Of a stretch of DNA of 64,000 bases, positions 50,614-61,916 are shown in pieces. This stretch comes from Heterodontus francisci. Taxonomy: Eukaryota. The stretch spans positions 65,559,326 to 65,623,325 of the forward strand of contig NC_090395.1 of NCBI RefSeq assembly GCF_036365525.1, read 5' to 3'. Position numbers and translations under genes: made by a program. Each line of letters starts with the position of its first letter. Within the stretch, counting starts at the first letter, position 1. Under the pieces are notes generated by a model, which was given only the letters and a program-made list of their open reading frames with translations, searched no databases and had not been told where the DNA came from.

Positions 50614-50676
50614 ACAATATCTGTGATAAATATTTTTGAAAGTATTGATGGAGTGATTCATATAAATAATCCCCAC

Positions 50677-50767
50677 CTTAGGTTTTCTCGTATTCCTCAT
50701 GACTGAAATAGTGCAAATCACTAGGACAGCGAAGAATACCCAGCGTATCACTTTCCAGATAATGTAA
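50677..50767 (-). CDS. Gene B transmembrane exon (S)YIIWKVIRWVFFAVLVICTISVMRNTRKPK
   Basis: tctttttattcag acceptor in phase 2 matches the stalk exon donor; AAG|GTGGGG donor in phase 0; hydrophobic helix followed by a basic stop-transfer stretch. Confidence 0.85.
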
Positions 50768-51566
50768 CTGAATAAAAAGAAATACAAAATCATTCAGAGG
50801 GAATGAGACAGTTCTGTCCTGTTTACACTTAGGCTTAGTTTAATCTTAGCATATTCTACCAATGTAAGCCAGTATAGCCAAGGGACTTTAGTTAGGAAAC
50901 TGAACTATTGTTGTCTTACGGAGGAAAGACAACTTTGTGAGCATTGGATAAAGATAAAATGAAGCAAAATTCATTAACATGTCCACAATGTTTACATACA
51001 AACATACAAATTAGGAGGAGTAGGCCCCTCAGCCCCTCGAGCCTGGTCCGCCATTCAATAAGTTCATGACTGAACCGATTACTCCACATTACCGCCTCAA
51101 AGTGATTGATGACAACGCTACGTCATCAGGTTGCGCCGCGGTGCGCACATGCGCACACGGTCTCAGTCCCTCTGCGCATGTGCTGCGGTCCGGACTGCCA
51201 GGACCAGTTTGCGCATGCGCAGATGACGTCATCGCGATACGTCATCTTCCTCGGGGAACACGCCGGGTTGGCCTCTGCGCATGCGCAAACTGGTCCTGGC
51301 AAGCCGGACCGCAGCGCATGCGCAGAGGGCCTGAGACCGTTTGCGCATGTGCGTCAATCTTCAGAAAGCTTCGCCGCGAGTTTTTGAAAGTGGAAGGAGG
51401 AGAGGTTTCGTCGGGCATTTTATCTCAATTATTTAGTCATTTTGGACATTTGCTTCATTTTTATTAGACAGAGGAGATTGTTCCAAGGTAAGTTGCTCTG
51501 AAAATATTTACATTGTCTGGGGCGCCGCATGTGCTCCAGTCCCTGTTGTTAAGTTGGTCTGAAAAC

Positions 51567-51864
51567 NNNNNNNNNNNNNNNNNNNNNNNNNNNNNNNNNN
51601 NNNNNNNNNNNNNNNNNNNNNNNNNNNNNNNNNNNNNNNNNNNNNNNNNNNNNNNNNNNNNNNNNNNNNNNNNNNNNNNNNNNNNNNNNNNNNNNNNNNN
51701 NNNNNNNNNNNNNNNNNNNNNNNNNNNNNNNNNNNNNNNNNNNNNNNNNNNNNNNNNNNNNNNNNNNNNNNNNNNNNNNNNNNNNNNNNNNNNNNNNNNN
51801 NNNNNNNNNNNNNNNNNNNNNNNNNNNNNNNNNNNNNNNNNNNNNNNNNNNNNNNNNNNNNNNN
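51567..51864. other. Assembly gap (run of N)
   Basis: About 298 N. Confidence 0.99.
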
Positions 51865-53964
51865 TCGGGGGGGGTAGGGGGGAGCAGCGGAGCGGAAGAG
51901 GAGTGCCTTTTTCTGTGCATGCGCCATAAACACAAGGACTGGCTGATGAGATGGAGCCAATTAATTTGCCCAACAATTGCCCGGAAGCACCTTCGGATGG
52001 AGGTGGCATGCGCTGGACATCAGTCGCGTGCCACAATCCATGGATCCTGAGCATTTCACCCCCTGGCCTAATGATCTGATGGACCATACATACGCCTGCC
52101 TGTTCAAAGCTCCACTTCCCCCACCTGCGGTACCCTCTCCTTGCTGTTCAGTTACACAGTCACCTGTTCCTGCACCCATCCAAGCAGTGCACGTGGACAC
52201 ACAGCCTCATGTTTCCCCATCCGCCCTTGAAACAACCATGCAGAGCCTTGTGAGACTCCGCAATTGCCAGCTGCTGCCTGTCAAGCAGAGAAGGCGTCCA
52301 AAGGGGTCAAGCACTTGGGGAACATTCAGCAAGAAGAGACTGAGCACTAAAAGAAACAAGCATGCCGTGTCCAGTGGTAGCACAAATGTGAATGCTCTTG
52401 CTGCATACACAACTGGTGAGGTGGGAGTGCAGCCACACCATTCTCCATCCTCAGTGTTGCTTTAAGGCAAAGGTAGATAAGAGTGAAAGAAATGGAAGAT
52501 GATGCTGATAGTAGTAGGCAGGATTAAATGGGAATGGATGGGAAGACGCACGAGTAGCATAACCCTAGCAGGGAACAGCTGGGCTAAATGGCCTGCTTTA
52601 TGTTCATAGTCCAAAAGAAATGTGCTTCTTTTTCCAGCACCCTCACATCATTCATGTTTTCCCTGAGAGCAGCATTGAACCATCACGAGATAGGGGCAGT
52701 TACATCATCCTGACTCCTACAGCTGAGGTGGGTACTAAGTGATTCATTGGCAGTGTTATCAGTACATGCCTTTACTGCAGAGCATAAAGCATGCTCAACA
52801 GTAATTTCATTGGAGGGAGGGAAGCTCTGACACTGATGTTCTTTCCTTATTTCCTTTCATGTAAAACGTGCCCTTGAGAAAACAATCCTTGACACTTAAG
52901 GACGGCATTCCAGCAAAGGAGGCAGTGCAGGAGATGACGCAAGGATGTGCTGATTCCTGCATCTGAGGTGGGTAATAAGTGCTTCATTGGCGACGTTATC
53001 AATTGGTGCCTTCACTGCAGAACTTAAAAAGGTGTGCACAACAGTAATTTCAGTGGATGGAGGGAGGCAAGCTCTGACTCTGATTTGCTTTATTTCTTTT
53101 CATGTAAAACATGCCGTCAAGAAAACAATCCTCGAGACTTACGGTCAGCATTCAAGCAACGAAGGCAACTGGATCATGCTGCGGAGCTCGTCACGATGTG
53201 GAAAGGAACATTGCATTTATGGATGAATTGGGAATGCACATTGGGATGCGCTTGGGGAACATTCACCAAGAATAGACTGAGCTCAGACTCTTGTGACTTT
53301 GCCTTCTTCACATGGACAATACAATAGTAGAATAGAGAGCCAAGCGTTCATTCACCACAAGGCTCTCCAGGAACAATCTCTTTAGCTGTGCAGAGTAGAG
53401 ACTCGGCCTGTCTGTCTAACGGGAATGCTGGACACAACACTCATGTATCCATGCACAGCAGCTCCTCGGATGCTTAATGAACTTAATAAAACTTTTCAAT
53501 AATTAAACCCAGAATTGTTGAGGTTTTGTTTTGCATGCTATTTCCCCGACTTTGCAACTGCACTTCAGATATTCAACTGTGGTGGAGGGGTGGAGGTAGG
53601 GGGGTAGCGGGAGGGGTGGGTGAAGGGGGGATAGAGGGGTGGGTGAAGAGGGGGAGGGAGGGGTGGGGAGAGCGGGGTGGGGTGGGGAGAGGGAGCATGC
53701 AAAATGCAGGGACCAGACAGTTGCAATGCCTGAAGTACTGTGGAGAAGTAGGGGAGAAAGCAACTGGGTAGGGGATAAAGCAACTGGATTGGGCATCCGC
53801 AGCTGGAGGGAACGGCTGAATGGAGAGGGCCGGAAGCGAGAGGCCGTAGAGAGCCGCGGGGAGCGAGTGTGCGAAGACCTTGGTGTCAGCGGGTCCAGGG
53901 ACTGGCCAGTAAGTCTTTTGCTGTTGTGTTTCTGGCGCATGCACAGAAAAAGGCACTCCTCTTC

Positions 53965-54370
53965 TGCTCCCCCCCCCACACTCTCTCCCCTTCCTCCCTC
54001 TCCCTCCCCTCCTCCCTCTCCCCCTCCACCCGCTCTCCCCCACTTCCCCCAGCTCTCCCCCTCCCCCCTTCTTTACCCCTCCCTCCTTGCCCCCTCCCTC
54101 CTTCCCCCTTCTCCCCTCCCTCTTCCTCCCCCTCCCCCTCCCTCTTTCCCCCTCCCTCCCTCCCTCTTTCCCCCCTCCCTCTTTCCCCCTCCCTCTTCCC
54201 CCCTCCCTCCCTCCCTCTTTCCCCCCTCCCTTTCCCCCTCTCCCCACCTCTTTCTCCCCCTCTTTCTCCCCTCCCTCTTTCTCCCCCCTCTTTCTCTCCC
54301 CCCCTCTTTCTCCCCCCCCTCTTCCCCCCCCCCCGTCACCGTCACCCTCTTCCCCCCCCCCCCTCCCGCT
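53965..54370 (+). repeat. C/T low-complexity tract (G-rich on the - strand)
   Basis: Near-pure polypyrimidine of CCCTCCCTCTTTCCCC-like units; a G-rich tract also lies at 53578-53695 on +. Confidence 0.9.
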
Positions 54371-55114
54371 ACCGCTGGTCTCCCCGCGCTGCTCTCCCCG
54401 CCCACCGCGCTGCTCTCCCCGGCCCACTCCACTCTCTCACTCCGGCCATTGTATTCTGCCACGTGTTCGTTAGGTTTCATCTCTGTGATTCTTTGAGCAG
54501 CGCCATCTTTAGTCCTGGCAGCTGCTACAGCTACAGTCGCAATCTGTGACGTTTACGTGGCACATGCTGTATTTGCGCATGTGCCAAAACAGCGCCACCT
54601 ACCGATCGCGTTGTCAACAAATGCGGTCTTACCGCCTACCCCCGATAACCTTTCACCCCCTTGCTTATCAAGAATCCATCTACTTCTGCCTTAAACATAT
54701 TCAAAGACTCTGCTTCCACTGCCTTTTGAGGAAGAGAGTACCAAAGACTCACGACCCTCTGAGCCAAAAAATTGATATAACGTTAGGCATAATTTTATAA
54801 TTGGCGACCTTATAAAAGTGACTGGCTATCTGAGGGAAGCAGCACTGACCGGGGCCAAGTAGCAACGGTGAGCTGTATCCTTAGGTTGTAAGGATTGTCA
54901 GAATAACATCAGCCCACACTCTTATATATCTTCTAACAGGAGATTATTGAGCAGCTAGAAGCAGTCAGCCTTTCCAGCCTCTGTTTGGGAACAATGTATA
55001 ACACAGAGGAACTTGAGAAGGAGAAAAATCACAGAGAATCCAACTTTTCTGTCAGTGCCACTCCAGAAGATAGAAGGTTAAGGTAAACTGGCATTGCTGG
55101 ATTGTGGCAAGTAT

Positions 55115-55261
55115 TCTTTCTTTTGGGCCTCCTTATCTCGAGAGACAATGGATACGCGCCTGGAGGTGGTCAGTGGTTTGTGAAGCAGCGCCTGGAGTGG
55201 CTATAAAGGCCAATTCTGGAGTGACAGGCTCTTCCACAGGTGCTGCAGAGAAATTTGTTTG
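55115..55261 (-). mobile_element. 147-bp RTE 3' end with a 36-bp target-site duplication
   Basis: Matches 39920-40065; TAAGGTAAACTGGCATTGCTGGATTGTGGCAAGTAT at 55079-55114 and 55262-55297. Confidence 0.9.
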
Positions 55262-55585
55262 TAAGGTAAACTGGCATTGCTGGATTGTGGCAAGTATAAC
55301 TCCATGAGATTAGGTTAACAGTGAAGGAAGGTGAATAATGAAAACAGCACTATCTGAGGGCCGGCAAACTGGAAATGTTTACTTCTTATTCTTCATCTTC
55401 ACCAACACAAATAACACCTTCATTAGGAATCTAACACAATGATGGAAACCCAGCCACCATTTTCATTCTGATGAATGACAGTCTGAAATAGTAAATGATT
55501 GTAAACTCTTATGCCAAAACTCTTAAGCATTTATTCTCATTTGAAAGCAATGCTAATGAAAATACCAGAAACGAGAGCATCGTAC

Positions 55586-55646
55586 CTTTGACTAACAGAT
55601 GTGGATCCTGAAGATGGGGTTGAATCTTCACAAGAACTTTCAGGGC
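55586..55646 (-). CDS. Gene B stalk exon (G)PESSCEDSTPSSGSTSVSQ(S)
   Basis: tgtctcaatag acceptor, CAAAG|GTACGA donor, 61 nt, phase 1-2; bridges the C2 and TM exons in frame; Ser/Thr-rich. Confidence 0.78.
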
Positions 55647-55996
55647 CTATTGAGACATGGGGACAAAATTCAGATTCATCTGATTCTCACTTGCAGTCAA
55701 CCAAGACAGCACTCTTGTCAAATGGAACCTCAATGACTGAGATAACGGATTCAGATGAATTCATTTCAGTGTAATCTCCCTCTCTCTGTTAGCAAAGAAA
55801 GATGTGGCAGTGGCCTAATTTTTACTTATAATTGTGTTTCTTTCCCATATCTGGGCATTGGTGGTACAAAGTTACTGTTGGGGCAGTTAAAGGGTTTAGG
55901 TTGGTACGACTCGAATCCAGATATTCCATTTTTGCTGCATACAAATATAAAGAAAAGTTCCAGCCAGTGAGCTGGCCGCTGCCACCAGTGGAAAAG

Positions 55997-56537
55997 GTGG
56001 GGGGAATTTTATGGAAACGACAGGGCTCATGGCCATGGCTGCAGAGCCGGTGAGAGACCCACATTGCCTCCTTTGGGGAAGGCCTGCCATATCCTGAGCC
56101 AATCAGGCATTTGAGAGGTCACCGACAGGTCCTTCCTCGGATCAGGGCCCTGGGGATGAAATGTTCCACCTACCGAGAGCTGCCGGCCAATCAGAGCTCT
56201 TTTGCTCTGCAGTGCCACTGGGGAGGCAATGGCTGCTGCTGGAATGGCACCCACTGAAGGCCCAGGATTGTGGACCGACCCAGACCAGAGGTATGTGATG
56301 GCTGGAGGGTTTTTGCGGAGTGGGGGTCATGGGGAAGGGGTGTGTGGGGAGGTCAGTAGCAAGGGCTGGGGGGAGGGGGGACTCTCAGCTGGTTCCCCCC
56401 TTCCCGATGCCAGGTCCTTCAATCAGGCCCTGAGTACCTTTGAACGAGGGACCCGTCTGGGATCCCACAAGCAACCACGCATGTAGCAATAACAGGAAAC
56501 CCAACCCAACTGTAGTGGATATTACAAAATCCTGCCA
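55997..56537. mobile_element. Non-autonomous Harbinger-like element (MITE)
   Basis: GGGGGGAATTTTAT...ACAAAATCCTGCC ends; body related to 7970-8651. Confidence 0.55.
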
Positions 56538-57469
56538 GTGATATTCCATCTATTTATTTACAATGATCTTGCTGGTTGGGTGTTGTTGGTGAAAGAGGCT
56601 CCCCACCTCCACTAAGGAGTCAGACAATTGGCTCAGGTGTATTTGAATAAAAATTTGTTTCAAAATGTAAGAAATAACTATCATTGATATAGAACATTTC
56701 ACAACCTCAGGATGCACCAAAGTGCATCACAGGCAAGTTTCCTTTACCAAATGAGTGCATAAATATCAACAGGCTGTTCATTTAAGGGAGAAGTAATTTG
56801 AAGGCTCATTGTGTGCAAGAACCAGGAAACAGGGAGTTCTGCTCTGATGTTTCACTCCACATTGTTAATAGTAGGTCAATTATGTTGTTAAAGATGGACA
56901 GATGAAGGACATTGTTTAATTAAGGACTTGGAGCAGATATAAAGAAAGCCTGCTGGGACACAGGGGTGAAGGCTGGAGGCAGTGATACGTAATGCAGCAT
57001 TCTGTGAATAAACTGACTATCAAGAAAAGGATCTGTATCTAGCTTCATTTTTCACCATTTGGCTTGGATCTGTGTAACACTCATAGATAAAACCTCTCAT
57101 CTCAGTTCAATTCTTCCACTCTCTATCCCTGACATTCTTCCTGAACTAAGATACAACAGTTGGAGGTTGCATTTCACAATTCCAATTGCTAGAAATAGGC
57201 TTTTTGTTTATGAAGAAGCAGTGAATCAAGTTCCATTTCAATTTCAGGGGATAAGTGGAGTTTCTGCAATATTCTGGGGATATTTTATTATTCTGCCCAT
57301 TTTCCATGAAAAATGCAGATCAGTGTCCTTGTTCATAACTGTTGAGGGACCAAATAGAATGAATTTGGCCAGTTGCAATTTCTCTGGGTGACTGAGAAAA
57401 TATAACCAGTGACCAGTTTGGATAGACATTCATTCAGTTACCATATTGTTTGTTTAAAGTATCTCTTAC

Positions 57470-57793
57470 CAATGCTGCTGATTTGTGTCACATAACTGCA
57501 GCTCTCCCCTGATCTGTTGAAGACTGACACGTTAACCATTTCACTAGAGTTTTTTCCCTGGTTATTTGAGGCTGTGCAGTAATATTGATGATGTTGCTGT
57601 GTGAAGGATTGACAATGTAGATCCAGTTTATTGGTGTCAGAAATCTTTAAATCTTCAGATGGGGTCTTCTCGTACCATCGGTACTGAATGGGAAGGGATC
57701 CCCGGACAGACTCACAGGAGATGGACACTGAGCCCCCAAAACATGTGACATTTGGTGGTGATAAAAATCTAAACACAGGAACTGACACAGATT
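57470..57793 (-). CDS. Gene B exon 3: C2-type Ig domain (FCRL/PECAM-like signature)
   Basis: tttcccacag acceptor, G|GTAAGA donor, 324 nt, phase 1-1; (E)SVSVPVF..GGSVSISCESVRGSLPIQYRWY..YYCTASN..SEMVNVSV. Confidence 0.9.
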
Positions 57794-57879
57794 CTGTGGG
57801 AAAGAAACAAACATTCAGATACTGACTGAACATCTAAAAATCAAATACTCTGCAGTCGAGAGAAAGGATCAACTCAAAG

Positions 57880-59025
57880 TCAAGAAGTAGAATGAGTTTG
57901 AGTGAAGTTAAGAAACAGCAAGGGACAGAAAACATGAGTGGGAGTTATTTATCGGCCCCTAACAGTAGTTGTAGTGTAGAGCAGAATATACATCAAGGCA
58001 TTAGAGATACAATTAAAAAGGATATTACAGTAATCATGGGGGACTTTAAATTTCACATAGACTGGGCAAACCACATTTGTAGTAATAGTATGAAGGACAA
58101 GTTCATGGAATGTATACAAGTTAGTTATCTCGATCAGTATGTTGAGAACCAACTAGGGAACAGGCAATTTTGGATTTAGTATTGTGAAATGAGGAAGGGT
58201 TTACTAACAATCTTGTATTAAAGGGGCCGCTAGGGAAGAGTGACCATAATATGCAAATATTTTATATTGTGCTTGAAAGTCATTTTGTTAAGTTTGAAAC
58301 CAGGGTCTGAAATGTAAACAAAGCAAACTACACAGGTATAAGGGGGAAGTTGGCCAATCCAAGTTGGCATAGATTGGGAAACTACATTAAAAGATATGAT
58401 GGTAGACAAACAAATTGCTAGCATTTAAAGAGTTAATACATAATTCGCCACAAATATACATTCCTTTAAGGTGCAAAACCCCAACAGAAAAAGTCGGTCC
58501 AACCATGGCTAACAAGTGGAGTTAAAGATAGTATTAGATCAAAGGAGAGGCTTTTAATGTTGCCAAAAAGAGTAGTAAGCCTGATGATTAGTAGGATTAT
58601 AGAATTCAGCAAAGGAGGACCAAAAAATTGATAAGGAAAAAGAAAAGAGAATATGAGAGTAGACTAGCAAGAGTCATGAAAACACATAATAATCATTTCT
58701 ATAGGTCTATAAATAGCAAAAGATTAGAGGTAGAAACAGATGAAATTACAATGAGGAAACAGGAAGTGGCAGAGACATTACATGGTAGAAGAAACAAAAA
58801 ATATGGAAATAATGAGGAACCAAGAGTCCAGTGAGAATGAGGAACTTAAATCAGTGTAGGTAACAAAATATTACTGGTGAAATGAATGGGACTAAGTGGC
58901 AACAAATCCACTGGACCTGATGTCCTGCATGCTTGGGTTTGAAAAGAGGTGGCAGCAAAGATGGAAGATACATTGGTTTTGATCTTCCAAAATTCCTTAG
59001 ATTCTAGAAGAGTTCCCTGTAGTTA
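57880..59025 (+). mobile_element. Old CR1 ORF2 internal fragment (endonuclease to RT start)
   Basis: VIMGDFKFHIDW, SDHN, PWLT, KREYESRLA and KSTGPD remnants with many stops. Confidence 0.8.
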
Positions 59026-59258
59026 AAAGGAATTGTTAATCCAATAACACTTGAAAATTATTGGTCAGAAAGTTGGACAGGCCACGTGTGTAACACGTGT
59101 GTGTAACACAAGTCAGATTTCCCGACCTCTGCCCGTTACCTGACAGACTCTGCACTGCTGCGCAGCCTCGGGATATCGGAGCTGTCATGTTTCTCCCAGA
59201 TAAAACATTGATCAGACTTTCAGTAGAGTGTAATAAAGTAAATCACTGAGAAATGTAC

Positions 59259-59573
59259 CGTAAGATATTTGTAGCTCTACAGCAAACATTGGATCGTGTC
59301 CAAGTTTTTCAATACCACAGCTGTACCATCCTGCATCTCCTGAGTGAAGATCCTTCATTGTAACAACAAATATTCCTTGTGTCTTGTTATCAGTGATTGA
59401 CATTCTTTCATGTTGCGAATTTGACTTTACTAAAACTGAGCACTGGCGAGTCCAGCCATGACACCAATATTTCACAGATGACTGGTACTGTTGTGCCCCA
59501 TAGTGACAATCTATTGTGATCGCTCTTCCCACAATGCCTGTTACTTCCTTTTCAGCACACAATACATCTGAAA
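59259..59573 (-). CDS. Gene B exon 2: V-set Ig domain, CD300/pIgR-like; paralogue of 7400-7714
   Basis: Same 315-nt phase 1-1 exon and splice sites; ITIDCHY..KYWCHGWTRQC..DAGWYSCG; 19 of ~105 aa differ from gene A; flanking intron sequence is also homologous. Confidence 0.92.
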
Positions 59574-60526
59574 CTGAGGAGACAGAAATTGAACATGCTG
59601 AATACAAACAAATACATTTTGATAATCGTTACCACTGTGCACAGATGAATCTCTCCGCGATATCTATTAATACAGTTGAATTCCTTCTTGTGTATGATGA
59701 AAGGAAACACTGTCTCAGGATGTGACAAAGCACTTCTGTCATGGGAGTAGTTTTTTTATCTCCTCTGTTTAAAACAGTATGCCTTTAAGACTCTATTTAA
59801 AAATAGTGTGCCTTTAAGACTGAGAGAAGCTTTTATATTCCCTGGGCACAGTGTGTGAAAGCAGCAAGCCTGTTTCCTCAGCAACAGCAGGAGAGGAGAG
59901 GCCTCATGTTGTATTGTATCAATTTGACTACATGTAAAGACTGGCTAGAACCAGTTTGATCTGGCAGTCTGATGAAGCGTGCTCTGATGAAGAAAGAATT
60001 TTGTCCCTCTCAGCAGAAAATCACCATTGGTCTACAGGCGGTGTTATCCCTGAAGAGGGAAAAAAAGCCCTGAAGGAATCTTTGCCTTGTTGGAGGTAGC
60101 AAATTCCTTTTTACTTCCAGTCTCTGAGAGACGTTTCTGTCTCAGGAGTGACTTTCTGGGTTTTTTAGTGTTTCTGGGAGTTCAGGAATTCTCTGTAAAG
60201 TTTCTAATGATAAACTGCCAATTTAAAACTCCAAATGGTCCTGTTGCTATACTCCTTGTGGAAAGAACTGTGTGACGCCTACTGCAACTGAAGTGATTTG
60301 AATGCCTATCCATTACAAACTGTTCGTCAAACTCGCCTGGAGACTTTGGGTGGTATCTGACTGTTCGACTCTGAGACACCTCACCAAACCGGGAATGTAA
60401 CTCACCAAGACTAACAACCCAGATATTTATTTACTCCTAAGAAATTCCTAAGCTCTAATTTTTAACATCATTATCGAAAACCGGTTAACCATTGGTTTTT
60501 GAATGTATGTGTGTGTGCATGAAGGT

Positions 60527-60873
60527 TTATTTATTTTTATTTAGAGATACAGCACTGAAACAGGCCCTTCGGCCCACCGAGTCTGTGCCGACCATCAATG
60601 ACCCATTTATACTAATCCTACATTAATCCCATTTCCTACCCCATCCCCACCTTCTCTCAATTCCCCTACCTATACTAGGGGCCATTTATAATGGCCAACT
60701 TAACTATCAACCTGCAAGTCTTTGGCCGTGGGAGGAAACCAGAGCACCCAGCAAAAACCCACACAGTCACAGGGAGAACTTGCAAACTCCGCACAGACAG
60801 TACCCAGAATCGAAGCCGGGTCAATGGAGCTGTGAGGCTGCGGTGCTAACCACTGCGCCACTGTGCTGCCCCT
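60527..60873 (-). mobile_element. HE1-like V-SINE nested in the Gypsy LTR
   Basis: Reverse complement of 57-417 with (TTTA)n tail. Confidence 0.9.
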
Positions 60874-61916
60874 AATTAGGAGGAATAAGAAGTTATAAGG
60901 TCTTTAGACATAGATTTATCTCAATTGTGTTTAAGATTTAGTTTATTAATAAATAGTTAATTTGTTATATTTTAAAGATACCTGGTTTGGTGTGTTTTAT
61001 TCTGGGGGTTAATAGAGTGATGAATTTGGCTAATAATATGCAGTGACCTGTGGAGTAATGGGACTGCATTCACAGTGCATTGTTCCCGCCTCGGTCATAA
61101 CATATTAATTGGGGGCTTGATTCTTGGGATCCAAATGCAATACCAATTATATGAAATATAAGGGGAATAATCATTTGAAAGAGAAAAAGTAAAGGGAACC
61201 AGGTTTCTTGTATAATAGGGTAAAGGCTGTACCATCGGAATGGCATTAGCAGTTGCAGTAGTTTTTCTGGAAAAGGAGAATGTGTCCTTCAGTGACTTGA
61301 CAACTTTAACAAAGGTTACATTAAAAGAATTAGCTGCACAATTGGGGTTAGAGTTGAAATCAGGTGCTAAAAGGCAGAAATAATTGATGTTATAGCCCAA
61401 CATCTAAAATTGGAGTGATGTACTAGAATTGCCTAAAATTCAGTTACAGTTGAGGCAACTGGAACTTCAACAAGAAACAGAAGCAAAAATAGCCATATGA
61501 AAAGTTGAGGCTGAAAAGTAATTAAGAAAACTTGAACTTGAAGAAGAGGAAAGAAAAAAAGAGAGGGAATTTAGATTTAGAGAGATGGAATTAAGACAAA
61601 GGGGTAGTCTTCTCTCCAGGATAAATCCTGTTCAGGAAGAATCTGAATTCAGCCCAGCACACAGCAAAAGGCTACTTAAATTCATACAAGCTCTTCCGAA
61701 GTTTGAGGAAAGGGACGTAGAGGCATTTTTCATATATTCTGAAAAAATAGCCAAACAAATGAAATGGCAAAAGGAAAACTGGACACTGCTTATGCAAAGC
61801 AGGTTAATGGGCAGAGCTCATGAAGTTCATGCCATGCTTCCTGAAGAGGTTTCTGCAGATTATGAGATAGCAAAAAAGGCTATTCTCACAGTGTATGAGT
61901 TAGTCCCTGAAGCTTA

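Larger units (their letters stand above)
51098..54628. mobile_element. DNA transposon with a 9-bp TSD, MULE/Mutator-like (contains the assembly gap)
   Basis: TTACCGCCT at 51089-51097 and 54629-54637; inverted core TTG(A/T)TGACAACGC starting at nt 9 from each end; internal inverted repeat 51865-51935 / 53920-53980; ORF 51977-52465 with RW..KQRRRPKG resembling a MULE/SWIM C-terminus. Confidence 0.65.
50993..54765 (-). mobile_element. CR1 3' end fragment split by the MULE-like insertion (50993-51097 and 54629-54765)
   Basis: ACATACAAACATAC tail and GAGTAGGCC..CCTCGAGCCTG..CCATTCAATA on the left; continues CCCCGATAACCTTTC..CCTTAAACATATTCAAAG on the right. Confidence 0.78.

Noticed and set aside
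51464-52087. ORFs spanning the N run
   Set aside because: Artefacts of translating an assembly gap
53503-54549. Long Pro- or Gly-rich ORFs (226-285 aa)
   Set aside because: Products of the low-complexity C/T tract, which lacks stop codons
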